From positions 570,001 to 602,000 of the forward strand of contig CP076101.2 of assembly GCA_015256915.3 (NCBI GenBank): a stretch of 32,000 nt of DNA, in the 5' to 3' direction. Source of the DNA: Candidatus Saccharimonas sp. Its GTDB lineage: Bacteria > Patescibacteriota > Saccharimonadia > Saccharimonadales > Saccharimonadaceae. The position numbers and the translations under genes were made by a program. The notes beneath the pieces were generated by a model, which saw only the letters and a program-made list of their open reading frames with translations, did no database searches and was not told where the DNA came from. This document shows, in pieces, positions 16,108 to 25,506 of this stretch (position 1 is the first letter of the stretch; the number at the start of each line of letters is the position of its first letter).

Positions 16108-18918
16108 CTAAAGAATATTTTTAAGATATTTTCCCGTCCAGCTCTTTTCGACTTTCGAAACCCGTTCTGGAGTTCCAGTCGCCACAACAGTTCCACCACC
16201 CGCTCCACCTTCTGGGCCCATGTCAATTAGCCAGTCAGCACTTTTAACAATATCTAAATTATGTTCAATTATTACCATTGAATTTCCAGCATCAACCAAA
16301 CGGTTCAAAATTGAAAGCAATCTTTTTACATCTGCATTATGTAAACCAGTTGTAGGCTCGTCCAGAATATACATTGTTTTACCAGTTGAAGCCCGAGCGA
16401 GCTCAGTAGCAAGTTTAATTCGTTGAGCCTCACCGCCCGAGAATGTTGTTGCAGGCTGCCCGAGTTTAATATAGCCTAAGCCAACTTCTTGAATAGTTTT
16501 TAATTTTCGATGGATCGCAGGAATATTTTCAAAAAATTCCGTTGCTTCATCAATTGTCATTTCTAAAACATCCGAGATTGTTTTACCTTTGTAAAGTATC
16601 TCCAAGGCTTCACGATTATATCGCTTGCCATGACAGACATCACACTCCACATAAACATCTGGCAAAAAATGCATTTCAATTTTAATTACACCGTCACCTT
16701 GACAGTTTTCACAGCGCCCACCTTTAACATTAAAGCTAAATCGACCAGATTTATAGCCACGGATATTCGCTTCTGGCGTGCCAGCAAAAAGCTCACGAAT
16801 CTGCGTAAAGACACCAGTATAAGTTGCGGGATTTGAACGTGGCGTACGGCCAATCGCACTTTGATCAATCACAATTGCTTTATCTAGTTTTTCCAAACCT
16901 AAAATTTCATCATGCGCACCAGGAACTTCTTGCGCACGATGCTTCCGCGCCAACAATTCTTTACTTAAAATTTCGTTGACTAAGGTTGATTTTCCGCTTC
17001 CTGAAACACCAGAAACTACCGTCATTACGCCTAATGGAATTTCAACATCGATATTTTTCAAATTATTTTCTCGTGCATTTTTAATCACCAATTTTTCATT
17101 TTTCTGAATTTTTCGGCGCTTTTTTGGTGTTTGGATTTTATCTTTTCCGCTTAAAAATTGCCCTGTTAAAGATTTAGGATTTTTCGAAACTTCATCAGGT
17201 GTACCAGAAGCCACAATCATTCCGCCATTCACACCAGCACCAGGACCAACATCAACAAGCCAATCCGCCGCTCGAATTGTGTCTTCATCATGTTCCACTA
17301 CTAAAACAGTGTTATTTAGATCACGAAGGTTTTTTAGCGTCGCAATTAATTTATCATTATCTCGCTGGTGAAGACCAATTGAAGGCTCATCTAAAACGTA
17401 AAGCACACCTTGAAGCCCAGAACCAATCTGTGTAGCCAAACGAATCCGCTGAGCCTCACCACCACTCAAAGTATTAGCCGCACGCGAAAGCTCCAAATAA
17501 TTCAAACCAACATTATTCATAAAGCCCAATCTCGAAGAAATTTCTTTTAGGATTTGAGTTGAAATAAACTTTTGCTGCTCGTTTAGTTCTAAATTTTTGA
17601 AAAGTTCAACAGCTTCATCAATTGCAAGATCACAAATTTCTACAATATTTAGACCAGCAACCGTAACCGCAAGAACAACTGGTTTCAAGCGCTTTCCACC
17701 ACAAGTTTGACATTTTCGAACACGCATAAATCGCTCAATATCTTTACGCTGAAATTCACTACCCGTATCGCGATGACGGCGCTCAAGATTTGGAATTACG
17801 CCTTCAAAATTCATGTTATAAACACGGCCATTCATTTCAATTGGATATTTTTCATCTGTTCTTGTGCCGTATAGAATAATTTCGATAGCTTCTTTCGAAA
17901 GCTTTTTAGTTGGGACTTTTGTTGAAAATCCATGACGTTTTGCAATCTCCTCAAGCAATTTAATTCTATAGCCCTTCTCCATCACACGATTATAAGGTCG
18001 AATCGCACCCTCAGAAATTGTCAAATTTGGTGAAAGTACTAATTCTGGGTCAATCTCCATTCGTGTTCCAAGGCCTGAACAAGTTTCGCAAGCTCCTTGT
18101 GGCGCATTAAAAGAGAACAAACGTGGTTCAAGCTCAGGAATATGCTCATCTGGGTGAAGTTCACAAGCATAACGTTGCGAAAAAATCTTCACCTCGCCAG
18201 TTTCATCATTTAAAATCTCTAAAATTCCGCTAGTCATTTCAAGCGCCTGCTCAACACTTTGCGCTAAACGTGTTCGCATTTCTTTCGAAAGAACCAAACG
18301 ATCAACTACAATTTCAATATTATGCTTAATATTTTTTTCAAGTTCAGGGAACTCATCTAAAGCATAAATCACTCCATCAACCCGCGCACGAGCAAAACCT
18401 TTTTTCGCAAACTCTTCAGGGATATGCGCAAATTCACCTTTTTTAGCTTTTGCAATCGGTGCAAGCAATATCAACCGTGAACCTTCTTTAAGATTCATAA
18501 TACTATCAACAATACTTTGGGGAGTACGCCGAACTACATCTCGGCCACAAATTGGACAATGTGGTGTACCGATTCGCGCAAAAAGAAGACGCAAATAATC
18601 ATAGATTTCAGTTACGGTTGCTACGGTTGAGCGTGGATTGCGACTAGTAGATTTTTGATCAATTGAAATTGCCGGGCTGAGCCCTGTAATTTGATCTACA
18701 TCTGGCTTATCCATTGTACCTAAAAATTGTCGCGCATAAGAATTAAGACTCTCCATATAGCGGCGCTGGCCTTCCGCATAAATTGTATCAAACGCCAAGC
18801 TAGACTTTCCACTACCAGAAAGCCCTGTTATAACCACTAATTTATCACGCGGAATTTTTAAATCTACATTTTTCAAATTATGTTCACGCGCACCTTTAAT
18901 TTCTAAAAAATCAGCCAT
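16108..18918 (-). CDS. uvrA: excinuclease ABC subunit A
   Basis: 936 aa with two ABC ATPase modules ([14 protein letters not shown] and [13 protein letters not shown]; [12 protein letters not shown] and [12 protein letters not shown]). Zinc-finger cysteines CPICG, CETCSG and CENCQGDG...CDVCHG. SD AGAGGTG lies before the ATG. Confidence 0.97.
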   Translation of the reverse strand: MADFLEIKGAREHNLKNVDLKIPRDKLVVITGLSGSGKSSLAFDTIYAEGQRRYMESLNSYARQFLGTMDKPDVDQITGLSPAISIDQKSTSRNPRSTVATVTEIYDYLRLLFARIGTPHCPICGRDVVRRTPQSIVDSIMNLKEGSRLILLAPIAKAKKGEFAHIPEEFAKKGFARARVDGVIYALDEFPELEKNIKHNIEIVVDRLVLSKEMRTRLAQSVEQALEMTSGILEILNDETGEVKIFSQRYACELHPDEHIPELEPRLFSFNAPQGACETCSGLGTRMEIDPELVLSPNLTISEGAIRPYNRVMEKGYRIKLLEEIAKRHGFSTKVPTKKLSKEAIEIILYGTRTDEKYPIEMNGRVYNMNFEGVIPNLERRHRDTGSEFQRKDIERFMRVRKCQTCGGKRLKPVVLAVTVAGLNIVEICDLAIDEAVELFKNLELNEQQKFISTQILKEISSRLGFMNNVGLNYLELSRAANTLSGGEAQRIRLATQIGSGLQGVLYVLDEPSIGLHQRDNDKLIATLKNLRDLNNTVLVVEHDEDTIRAADWLVDVGPGAGVNGGMIVASGTPDEVSKNPKSLTGQFLSGKDKIQTPKKRRKIQKNEKLVIKNARENNLKNIDVEIPLGVMTVVSGVSGSGKSTLVNEILSKELLARKHRAQEVPGAHDEILGLEKLDKAIVIDQSAIGRTPRSNPATYTGVFTQIRELFAGTPEANIRGYKSGRFSFNVKGGRCENCQGDGVIKIEMHFLPDVYVECDVCHGKRYNREALEILYKGKTISDVLEMTIDEATEFFENIPAIHRKLKTIQEVGLGYIKLGQPATTFSGGEAQRIKLATELARASTGKTMYILDEPTTGLHNADVKRLLSILNRLVDAGNSMVIIEHNLDIVKSADWLIDMGPEGGAGGGTVVATGTPERVSKVEKSWTGKYLKNIL

Positions 18919-18943
18919 TTCACCTCTTTCGAAATTTATTTAT

Positions 18944-19603
18944 TCATATATTTTTCGGCGGTATAGCCTTTACGAAGTTAATTTTTAGCCCTTCTGCCGT
19001 AAAACGTTTCTCATAAGTTGTCATCACTTTGTAATTTTCGTTCAAATTACTTTCATGTAAATCAAAACTAAGCCGTTCAATTTTCCAACCTTCTGATACA
19101 AGCTGCTCCAAGCTCCATTCGAAAAGATCCTTAGCATCAGTTTTAAAGTAGAGCGCACCATCTTCGGCCAAAAGCTTAGCATAAATTCGCAAAAAAGTTG
19201 GGTGTGTTAAACGGCGGCCCGAATTCCGCTCACGTGGGTAAGGGTCAGGAAAGGTCACCCAAAGATATTTTACCGAATTTTCGCCAAAAGCTTCAAGAAG
19301 TTGATCGGCTCGCGCTCGCAAAAAACGAATATTTTTAACGCCATCTTGCTCAGCTTGAATAGCACCTTTAACTAGTCGGTCGGCCTTAACATCAACCGCC
19401 ACAAAATTCTTCATTGGATTTTTTGCTGCCAAAGCTTCACTAAAAAGCCCTGTTCCTGCACCAATTTCTAAATTATTAACTTCAGCATTTTCTTTTTGCC
19501 ATTCATTGAATTCAAAACAAATTGCAGAATTATTGAAAAGCGCAAATTTATAAAGTTTACGCTTGCGAGTAATAATAAAATCTTTCGGATTTAAAAAAGC
19601 CAT
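18944..19603 (-). CDS. trmB: tRNA (guanine46-N7)-methyltransferase
   Basis: 219 aa with SAM motif [10 protein letters not shown] and the family-typical [12 protein letters not shown]...RRL. Confidence 0.88.
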   Translation of the reverse strand: MAFLNPKDFIITRKRKLYKFALFNNSAICFEFNEWQKENAEVNNLEIGAGTGLFSEALAAKNPMKNFVAVDVKADRLVKGAIQAEQDGVKNIRFLRARADQLLEAFGENSVKYLWVTFPDPYPRERNSGRRLTHPTFLRIYAKLLAEDGALYFKTDAKDLFEWSLEQLVSEGWKIERLSFDLHESNLNENYKVMTTYEKRFTAEGLKINFVKAIPPKNI

Positions 19604-19612
19604 TCTTCTCCT

Positions 19613-20026
19613 TTATTGGTCTGTTATTCTTAAAGTTTCATCACTTAAGGAGCTTTCGCTAAACTCATCTGTATGAATTTTCTTTCTTGCTTGCGAATAA
19701 AGCCTTTCGAAATCCGCCATGTCTTTATTCGAAAGACCACCTTGCGGTAAAAACTCCTCATCTTTTTCATTTTTTTTGCGTTCTTCTTCCTCTTTTTTTG
19801 CCTTTTTCTGAGCCTCACGCGCCTCTTGCAAAACTGGCCTACTTAAATCAAGCTGAATAGTTCCATCCGAAGTGTAAAGAATTAAGCTTGCAATCACCAA
19901 AACTAATGCGATTCCTAAACTTCCCGCAAGAAAAATTAGCAAATTGCGAGAACCATTAATTTCTTTTTGTGATTCCAATGTCTGATTTTTAATTTTTGCT
20001 TTAATTTTATTCAAAAAATTATTCAT
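19613..20026 (-). CDS. hypothetical membrane-anchored protein with Lys/Glu-rich segment
   Basis: 137 aa with one TM (LLIFLAGSLGIALVLVIASLILY) and the low-complexity stretch KKAKKEEEERKKNEKDEE. Its ATG overlaps the upstream stop (ATGAATAA). Confidence 0.55.
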   Translation of the reverse strand: MNNFLNKIKAKIKNQTLESQKEINGSRNLLIFLAGSLGIALVLVIASLILYTSDGTIQLDLSRPVLQEAREAQKKAKKEEEERKKNEKDEEFLPQGGLSNKDMADFERLYSQARKKIHTDEFSESSLSDETLRITDQ

Positions 20027-20594
20027 TCAAAACTCCTGATGTATTTTTTACAACAAAATCATGAACCTGAACACCATATTTTTCAGCAATTTCATTCAAT
20101 TTTTTAGTGTTGTAATTTACTTCTCGGCGAGCACGACGTATTTTTTCAAGTTTTAAATAAAATTCACGCGGATTCTTAATGCAATCTTGCGAAACTAATT
20201 CCGAAAGCTCCCGTTCATAAATCTGAAAATTCTCTTTAAAATACCTAAAATTCTCTTCAAATTCAGAAGCAATTAAAATTAATTCAGCACCATTTTTCTT
20301 GTTTAAAGCAATTCTTGCATTAAAATTCGACATCAATCCATTCGAAATCTTCTCATAGCTTTTACCCAGATTAACCCTTTTTAGAGCGTCTTCAGAGCGA
20401 AGTTTTTTCAAATTATTTTTTAAATCGTTGCATTTTTTACTAATTTTCGAAATCTGAATTTCAGTTGGTTTTTCTTTTGCAACTTCTTCAGCAAAAACAA
20501 TTTTCGAAAATTGAAATAGAACTAAAAATCCACCGATTATAAGAATCGCTAAAAAACCGAATTTTTTTTGAAAATTTGCCAATTTATTCTTCAT
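20019..20594 (-). CDS. hypothetical membrane-anchored coiled-coil protein
   Basis: The track start 20609 is a TTG. The ATG at 20594 overlaps the aspS stop by 11 nt. N-terminal TM FGFLAILIIGGFLVLF, and the rest is predicted helical. Confidence 0.55.
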   Translation of the reverse strand: MKNKLANFQKKFGFLAILIIGGFLVLFQFSKIVFAEEVAKEKPTEIQISKISKKCNDLKNNLKKLRSEDALKRVNLGKSYEKISNGLMSNFNARIALNKKNGAELILIASEFEENFRYFKENFQIYERELSELVSQDCIKNPREFYLKLEKIRRARREVNYNTKKLNEIAEKYGVQVHDFVVKNTSGVLNE

Positions 20595-22350
20595 CTTCAG
20601 AGAGCTCAATTTTTAACTCCTTTAGCTGCCCTTCATCCACAAAGCTAGGTGAACTCATCATTACATCTACGCCAGATCCATTCTTTGGAAACGCCACCAC
20701 TTCACGAATATTATCTTCATTCATTAAAATCATAAAAATTCGATCCAAGCCAAATGCACAACCTGCATGCGGAGGAGCACCAAATTTAAAGGCGTTTAAC
20801 ATCGCACCGAATTTCGCTTCAACATATTTTTTATCATATCCAAGCAAGCCAAAAGCTTCGTACATCACTTCTGGGTTATGGTTTCGAACAGCGCCTGAAC
20901 AGATTTCATAGCCATTCATCACCATATCATATTGGTCAGCTTTAATCGCCAATTTTTCAGTATCAGTTTTAGCGTTTCGAAGAGCCTCAACGCCGCCTTT
21001 TGGCATTGAAAATGGATTATGGCCAAAATCAACTTTATTATTTTTCTCATCAAATTCATAAAATGGAAAATCTACAACCCAAGCGAGAGCCACTTTATTT
21101 TCATCTTTAAGATTGAAGAAATCTGCAAATTCATTTCGAAGACGACCAAGAACTTTATTGACAACTTCACGTCTATCCGCGCCAAAGAAAATTGCGTCGC
21201 CATCTTCAGCACCGGTTTCTTCTTTAATTTTTGAAAGTTCATTTTCGTTCAAGAATTTAACAATTGGGCTTTTTACTTCACCTTCAGTATATGTAATATA
21301 AGCCAAACCGCCCGCACCTTCACTTTTGGCAATTTCAGTAAAATTATCAATCTGTTTTCGACTCAAACTTGCACCATTTTTGACGCAAATTGCTTTCAAG
21401 CATTCAGCATTTTTAAACACACCGAATTCAGTTTCAGCCAAAACATCATTTAAATCAACTAATTCCATTCCGAAACGCAAGTCAGGCTTATCACTACCGT
21501 ATTTTTCCATCGCAACTTCATAAGGAATACGTGGAATTTCTTCACTCAAAAGCTCTTTTTTAGCAAAATTTTTCACTAGATCTTTAATGAGAACTTCCAT
21601 TTCTGAGCGAATATCTTCACCATTTTCAACAAAAGCCTTTTCAAGGTCAAGTTGATAAAAATCACCATAAAGCCTATCCGCCCGCGGATCTTCATCACGA
21701 AAACAAGTAGCAATTTGATAGTATTTATCAATTCCACCAACCATTAAAAGCTGTTTAAACTGTTGCGGAGCTTGCGGTAGAGCATAAAATTTTCCAGGGT
21801 GGACACGGCTCGGAATCAAGAAATCACGTGCACCTTCTGGGCTAGAATTCGCAAGAATTGGCGTAGCAACTTCAATAAATTCATGATTTTCCATAAATTT
21901 TCGAATTTCACAATAAAATTCAGCACGGCGACGCAACATTTTTTGCATTTTTTCGCGGCGCAAATCTAAAAAACGATATTTTAATCGTAATTCTTCATTC
22001 GATTTTTGACCATTATCCGAAACAGCAATTGGTAAAGGATCACTTCGGTTTAAAATTTCAAGATTTTCAACAATAAGTTCAACTTCACCAGTTGAGATAT
22101 TTGGATTTTTTAAATTTTCAGCGCGCTCTTTTACTACACCAGTTGCCGAAATCACAAATTCATCACGGCATTTTTCAGCTAATTCAAAACTTTCTGCAAA
22201 TTCTGGCGAAATCACAAGCTGGAGTAATCCAGAGTGATCACGTAAATCAATAAAAATCAACCCACCGTGGTCTCGTCGAGAATTCACCCAGCCTTTTACA
22301 GTAATTTTTTCACCAATTTTATCAATCGAATTTTTCGCTAATATCCGCAT
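20584..22350 (-). CDS. aspS: aspartate--tRNA ligase (bacterial type; discriminating or not cannot be told)
   Basis: OB-fold N-terminus (VKGWVNSRRDHGGLIFIDLRD) and class II motifs (FRDEDPRADR, GGLAYI..., APPHAGCAFGLDRI). The start is moved to the ATG at 22350, which has AGGAG upstream. The track start is 22392. Confidence 0.93.
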   Translation of the reverse strand: MRILAKNSIDKIGEKITVKGWVNSRRDHGGLIFIDLRDHSGLLQLVISPEFAESFELAEKCRDEFVISATGVVKERAENLKNPNISTGEVELIVENLEILNRSDPLPIAVSDNGQKSNEELRLKYRFLDLRREKMQKMLRRRAEFYCEIRKFMENHEFIEVATPILANSSPEGARDFLIPSRVHPGKFYALPQAPQQFKQLLMVGGIDKYYQIATCFRDEDPRADRLYGDFYQLDLEKAFVENGEDIRSEMEVLIKDLVKNFAKKELLSEEIPRIPYEVAMEKYGSDKPDLRFGMELVDLNDVLAETEFGVFKNAECLKAICVKNGASLSRKQIDNFTEIAKSEGAGGLAYITYTEGEVKSPIVKFLNENELSKIKEETGAEDGDAIFFGADRREVVNKVLGRLRNEFADFFNLKDENKVALAWVVDFPFYEFDEKNNKVDFGHNPFSMPKGGVEALRNAKTDTEKLAIKADQYDMVMNGYEICSGAVRNHNPEVMYEAFGLLGYDKKYVEAKFGAMLNAFKFGAPPHAGCAFGLDRIFMILMNEDNIREVVAFPKNGSGVDVMMSSPSFVDEGQLKELKIELSEDEE

Positions 22351-22398
22351 ATTTCTCCTAATTCTTGAATTTAACTCTTTATATTTTACCACATTTTC

Positions 22399-23298
22399 CT
22401 ATTTTTTGCGAATAAAATCTACCAAATTAACGATTCCAGACAAATCACCATTTCTTTCAAGCAAAATTGCATAGTTTTCACCTTTTGAAAGTATTTTTTC
22501 GAAAGCCGCTAAGGCACTTAAATTAGGTTTTATCGATAGGAATTCTTCATGCATTACTTTTTGAGCTTTTTTCGAATCACTTGAATCAATTTTAGTAATA
22601 TCTTCTAGAAAAATTACACCCTTAACTTTATTTTCTTCCTCGTTCATAACCGGGAAAATCTTTTGCCTGGTTTTGAAAAGTTCATCAATCATTAATGGTG
22701 TTAACAAATCACTATCGTGGATTATTGCCATTTTTTCACTAGAAACACCAACTTCTAAAATTGTTTTTTCTTCAAGTTCGAAAATTTTTTCAATCCATTT
22801 TTGTTCATTTTCAGTTAAAATTCGTTTATGATTAGCTAAAAAATTTAAAAGTTCTTCTTTTGAATAAAATGACCATGGTTGTTTTTTATTCGCCATCTTC
22901 GAAATCCTATTTTGTGTTTTTATATTTTGAGCAAAATAAATTCCATTTGCAATTGGGATAATTTTACGATTAATCTGGCTTGAAATTCGATTCAAAATAC
23001 CACTTTTTAAAATTCCCTTCGAAATCAGAAAAATAACAGAACAAATAACTATCGACTTCCAAAAATCAAAAACTTTCGAAAGTGAAATTACTGAAACAAT
23101 CATGATTGTGCAGCCAAAATATTGCAAAAAATAATTATAAACTGGTACAAACTTCTTTTTATTAAGCATTTTTTCAGCTCGTTTGTCACCAGAATTAATT
23201 CTGCGCTGGAGCTCAAATTCAGAAAATTCAATTTCCTTTTCTTTCAAAGAAAAAATAATAAGCATTAAAATTAAGCAAATTATACTTATAACTAACAT
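22399..23298 (-). CDS. membrane protein with C-terminal CBS-pair domain (DUF21/CorC-TlyC-like, truncated form)
   Basis: About 3 N-terminal TM helices, then the CBS-pair pattern ILEVGVSSEKMAIIHDSD...IFPVMNEEENKVKGVIFLEDI...AILLERNGDLSGIVNLVDFI. No CorC_HlyC C-terminal domain. Confidence 0.65.
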   Translation of the reverse strand: MLVISIICLILMLIIFSLKEKEIEFSEFELQRRINSGDKRAEKMLNKKKFVPVYNYFLQYFGCTIMIVSVISLSKVFDFWKSIVICSVIFLISKGILKSGILNRISSQINRKIIPIANGIYFAQNIKTQNRISKMANKKQPWSFYSKEELLNFLANHKRILTENEQKWIEKIFELEEKTILEVGVSSEKMAIIHDSDLLTPLMIDELFKTRQKIFPVMNEEENKVKGVIFLEDITKIDSSDSKKAQKVMHEEFLSIKPNLSALAAFEKILSKGENYAILLERNGDLSGIVNLVDFIRKK

Positions 23299-23380
23299 AT
23301 TTTTATTTTATCACACTTATGTATTTTGAAAAAGCTTATTTTTATGTTAAAATAGTAATAGTTAGTGAAAAAGGAGGAAA

Positions 23381-24112
23381 ATGTCTACTAATAAAAAAAA
23401 GGCAAAAAATCTTCAAAAAATAAAAGATTTTATAGCCGATAATAAATTTGCAATAATTTTTACAGTTTTGGTTGTTCTTTTTTTGAGTGGAATGATTTGG
23501 CTATCAAACCTTCAGAAAATTGATTTAAGTAATATTGATATTTCGAAAGAGATTTCTTCAAGTAAAAATTCAGGCGATATTTCTGAGCATGTTTATCATA
23601 AAAACAACTCGAAAGTAACTTTGGTTGAATATGGTGATTTTCAATGCCCAGGATGTAAGACTGCATCCAGCCGCGTTAAATCAATCGCAGAAGAATATAA
23701 AGATAAGGTTAATGTAATATTTCGAAACTTCCCATTAGTCACAATTCACCCAAATGCACTTGCTGCAGCGAGTGTTGCTGAAGTAGCAGGCTTGCAAGGA
23801 AAATATTGGGAAATGCACGATTTACTTTACGACAAGCAAGATGAATGGACGGCTTCAACTGCTAGCGAGCGAATGGAATATTTCACAGAATACGCTAAAG
23901 AGTTAAATCTAAATATCGACCAATTCAAAAAAGATATTGAGAGTGATAAAGTGAAGGCGAAAATTAAATTTGACCAAGCTGTTGGTTCGAAAGCAAAAGT
24001 AACTGGAACACCTTCATTCAAGCTTAACGGAAAAGATTTGTCTTCTGATATTTGGGGCGATGATGCAAAATTAAAATTAGCCTTAGACGAAGCAATTAAA
24101 AATCAGAAATAA
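23381..24112 (+). CDS. DsbA-family thiol:disulfide oxidoreductase, membrane-anchored
   Basis: N-terminal TM, thioredoxin-fold active site YGDFQCPGCKT, and a GTPSFKLNG cis-Pro loop region. SD AAAGGAGG lies before the ATG. Confidence 0.85.
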   Translation: MSTNKKKAKNLQKIKDFIADNKFAIIFTVLVVLFLSGMIWLSNLQKIDLSNIDISKEISSSKNSGDISEHVYHKNNSKVTLVEYGDFQCPGCKTASSRVKSIAEEYKDKVNVIFRNFPLVTIHPNALAAASVAEVAGLQGKYWEMHDLLYDKQDEWTASTASERMEYFTEYAKELNLNIDQFKKDIESDKVKAKIKFDQAVGSKAKVTGTPSFKLNGKDLSSDIWGDDAKLKLALDEAIKNQK

Positions 24113-24121
24113 TCCCATAAT

Positions 24122-24157
24122 AAAATCTCACTCAGTAAAGAGTGAGATTTTCTTTTT
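24122..24157. terminator. strong bidirectional intrinsic terminator
   Basis: AAAATCTCACTC (24122-24133) pairs with GAGTGAGATTTT (24140-24151), a 12-bp stem with a 6-nt loop. T-runs on both strands. Confidence 0.8.
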
Positions 24158-24165
24158 GTCACTTT

Positions 24166-24258
24166 TTATTGTTCAATGTAGCGTTGCCATTCAGCAGGCA
24201 CCACATCCACCGCAATTATTTTCTTCCTTGAAGGAGGAAAATTGATTTTGATAGGCAT
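24166..24258 (-). CDS. small ORF, 30 aa, with its own promoter, leader and terminator (not in ORF track)
   Basis: AAGGAG lies 5 nt before the ATG (24258-24256). Product: MPIKINFPPSRKKIIAVDVVPAEWQRYIEQ, stop TAA at 24168-24166. It ends at the bidirectional terminator. Confidence 0.45.
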   Translation of the reverse strand: MPIKINFPPSRKKIIAVDVVPAEWQRYIEQ

Positions 24259-24346
24259 GCGTTCTCCTTTTATTCATGCAACTCACGCGCTCGACCGATT
24301 CCTTTATTTAATAAATTTTACACGTTTTTGCGCGAGCCTATGAACT

Positions 24347-24375
24347 ATTTTATCAAAAAAAATAACAAATGTCAA
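24347..24375 (-). promoter_or_regulatory. near-consensus sigma70 promoter
   Basis: On the minus strand: TTGACA (24375-24370), exactly 17-nt spacer, TAAAAT (24352-24347). It would give a leader of about 80 nt before the 30-codon ORF. Confidence 0.6.
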
Positions 24376-24476
24376 GAAAACACGCTATTTTTATGGTTCC
24401 TCCCAAAAATCACCTTAGCGCTTACACTTATATAATATATCATTTTATACACAAGCGCAATACTTTTTTATTATTT

Positions 24477-25064
24477 TTATGGTTTTCGAAAAATCGCCAA
24501 AGTTGCTTCAACTTCTTTTGAGATATTGTGTTTTTTACACCATTCGTTAACTGCCTTTGAAGCTCCTGGTAAAGCTTGATTTCCATAGTCATCTACAACA
24601 ATGATTGCACCGCTTTCAAGATTATTCCAGATTAAATTAAGCGGATCTAAAATTGAATCATAATAATCTCCATCCAAAAAAGCAAAGCTAATTTTTTCAG
24701 GAATTTGCGTTTTTGAAAGCGTATTAAACCAACCTTTTGTAATTTTTGGCATTTTTTTGATATTTGATTTACGCAAATTTGAAATTAACTGCTTTTTACT
24801 AGCGCACAACTCACCTTTTTTAAAAACTTCACCCAAAGAATTAATATCTTTCGAAGATTTTTCTGGTAGACCTTCGAACGAATCGTAAAGCCAAAGAGTT
24901 TTAGAACTTCCCCATTTTTCAAGAGTTTTTGCTAAAAATACACTAGTTGTACCAACATAACAGCCGAACTCTACAACATCTCCAAAAAATGCGCGAGTCT
25001 TTTCTAACTCGCGCAAAATTACTTTAATCTCGCGTTCATCAACTTGATCACTCAATAACTTCAT
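24477..25064 (-). CDS. class I SAM-dependent methyltransferase, TylF/MycF (macrocin O-methyltransferase)-like
   Basis: 195 aa with VVEFGCYVGTTSVFLA (SAM-binding glycine-rich loop), LYDSFEGLP, FLDGDYYDS (metal-binding DxD-like) and IIVVDDY. The family call is from remembered Pfam patterns. Confidence 0.65.
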   Translation of the reverse strand: MKLLSDQVDEREIKVILRELEKTRAFFGDVVEFGCYVGTTSVFLAKTLEKWGSSKTLWLYDSFEGLPEKSSKDINSLGEVFKKGELCASKKQLISNLRKSNIKKMPKITKGWFNTLSKTQIPEKISFAFLDGDYYDSILDPLNLIWNNLESGAIIVVDDYGNQALPGASKAVNEWCKKHNISKEVEATLAIFRKP

Positions 25065-25076
25065 AGTTAAATTATA

Positions 25077-25505
25077 CTACGAACGCTTGATTGTGCCAAC
25101 AATATCATAAGTTTCATCTTCACTAGCAGGAATAAACTCACCAGAAATCTCAACTCCGTTTGAGCTAGCTTCTCCGTAAAGATTTAAATTACTTCCACCA
25201 GAAACAGCATATTTTTGACCTTTAGAATCAACAACTCCAACTTTACATTTGCTTGGATTTGAATTATCAGTTTTACCTTTTTTTAATGAAAGACAAACTA
25301 CATTTCCTGAAATTGTTATATTTTTCGAAGACTGATTCTGATTTTTATTATTCGAAATATTTCGGTGGGCAACTGGCAGTGTAAAATCTAGAAGCTTCAC
25401 AACAAAACCTACTGCAAAAACTACAGCTACCAGTACAGCAACTACCAAAATTGAGGTTAATTTTCGATGAAAAGATTCCTTTTGATATTTCGAAATCTGT
25501 TTCAT
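25077..25505 (-). CDS. hypothetical membrane-anchored protein
   Basis: 142 aa with an N-terminal TM (LTSILVVAVLVAVVFAVGFVV) and a Ser/Asn-rich extracytoplasmic part with 2 Cys. Its ATG lies 1 nt after the upstream stop. Confidence 0.55.
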   Translation of the reverse strand: MKQISKYQKESFHRKLTSILVVAVLVAVVFAVGFVVKLLDFTLPVAHRNISNNKNQNQSSKNITISGNVVCLSLKKGKTDNSNPSKCKVGVVDSKGQKYAVSGGSNLNLYGEASSNGVEISGEFIPASEDETYDIVGTIKRS

Positions 25506-25506
25506 T

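Noticed and set aside
19741-19830. Purine/pyrimidine-skewed low-complexity stretch (tcttttt/ttcttc runs)
   Set aside because: It is explained by the Lys/Glu-rich segment KKAKKEEEERKKNEKDEE of the 137-aa anchored protein. It is not an independent repeat element.
24160-24476. Possibility that the unannotated gap encodes SRP RNA, 6S RNA, RNase P RNA or tmRNA
   Set aside because: I could not find the conserved SRP domain IV motif (GGAA tetraloop with flanking AGCA/GNAR pattern), a tRNA-like acceptor end or an RNase P P4 motif. The region is also too short for RNase P RNA or tmRNA.
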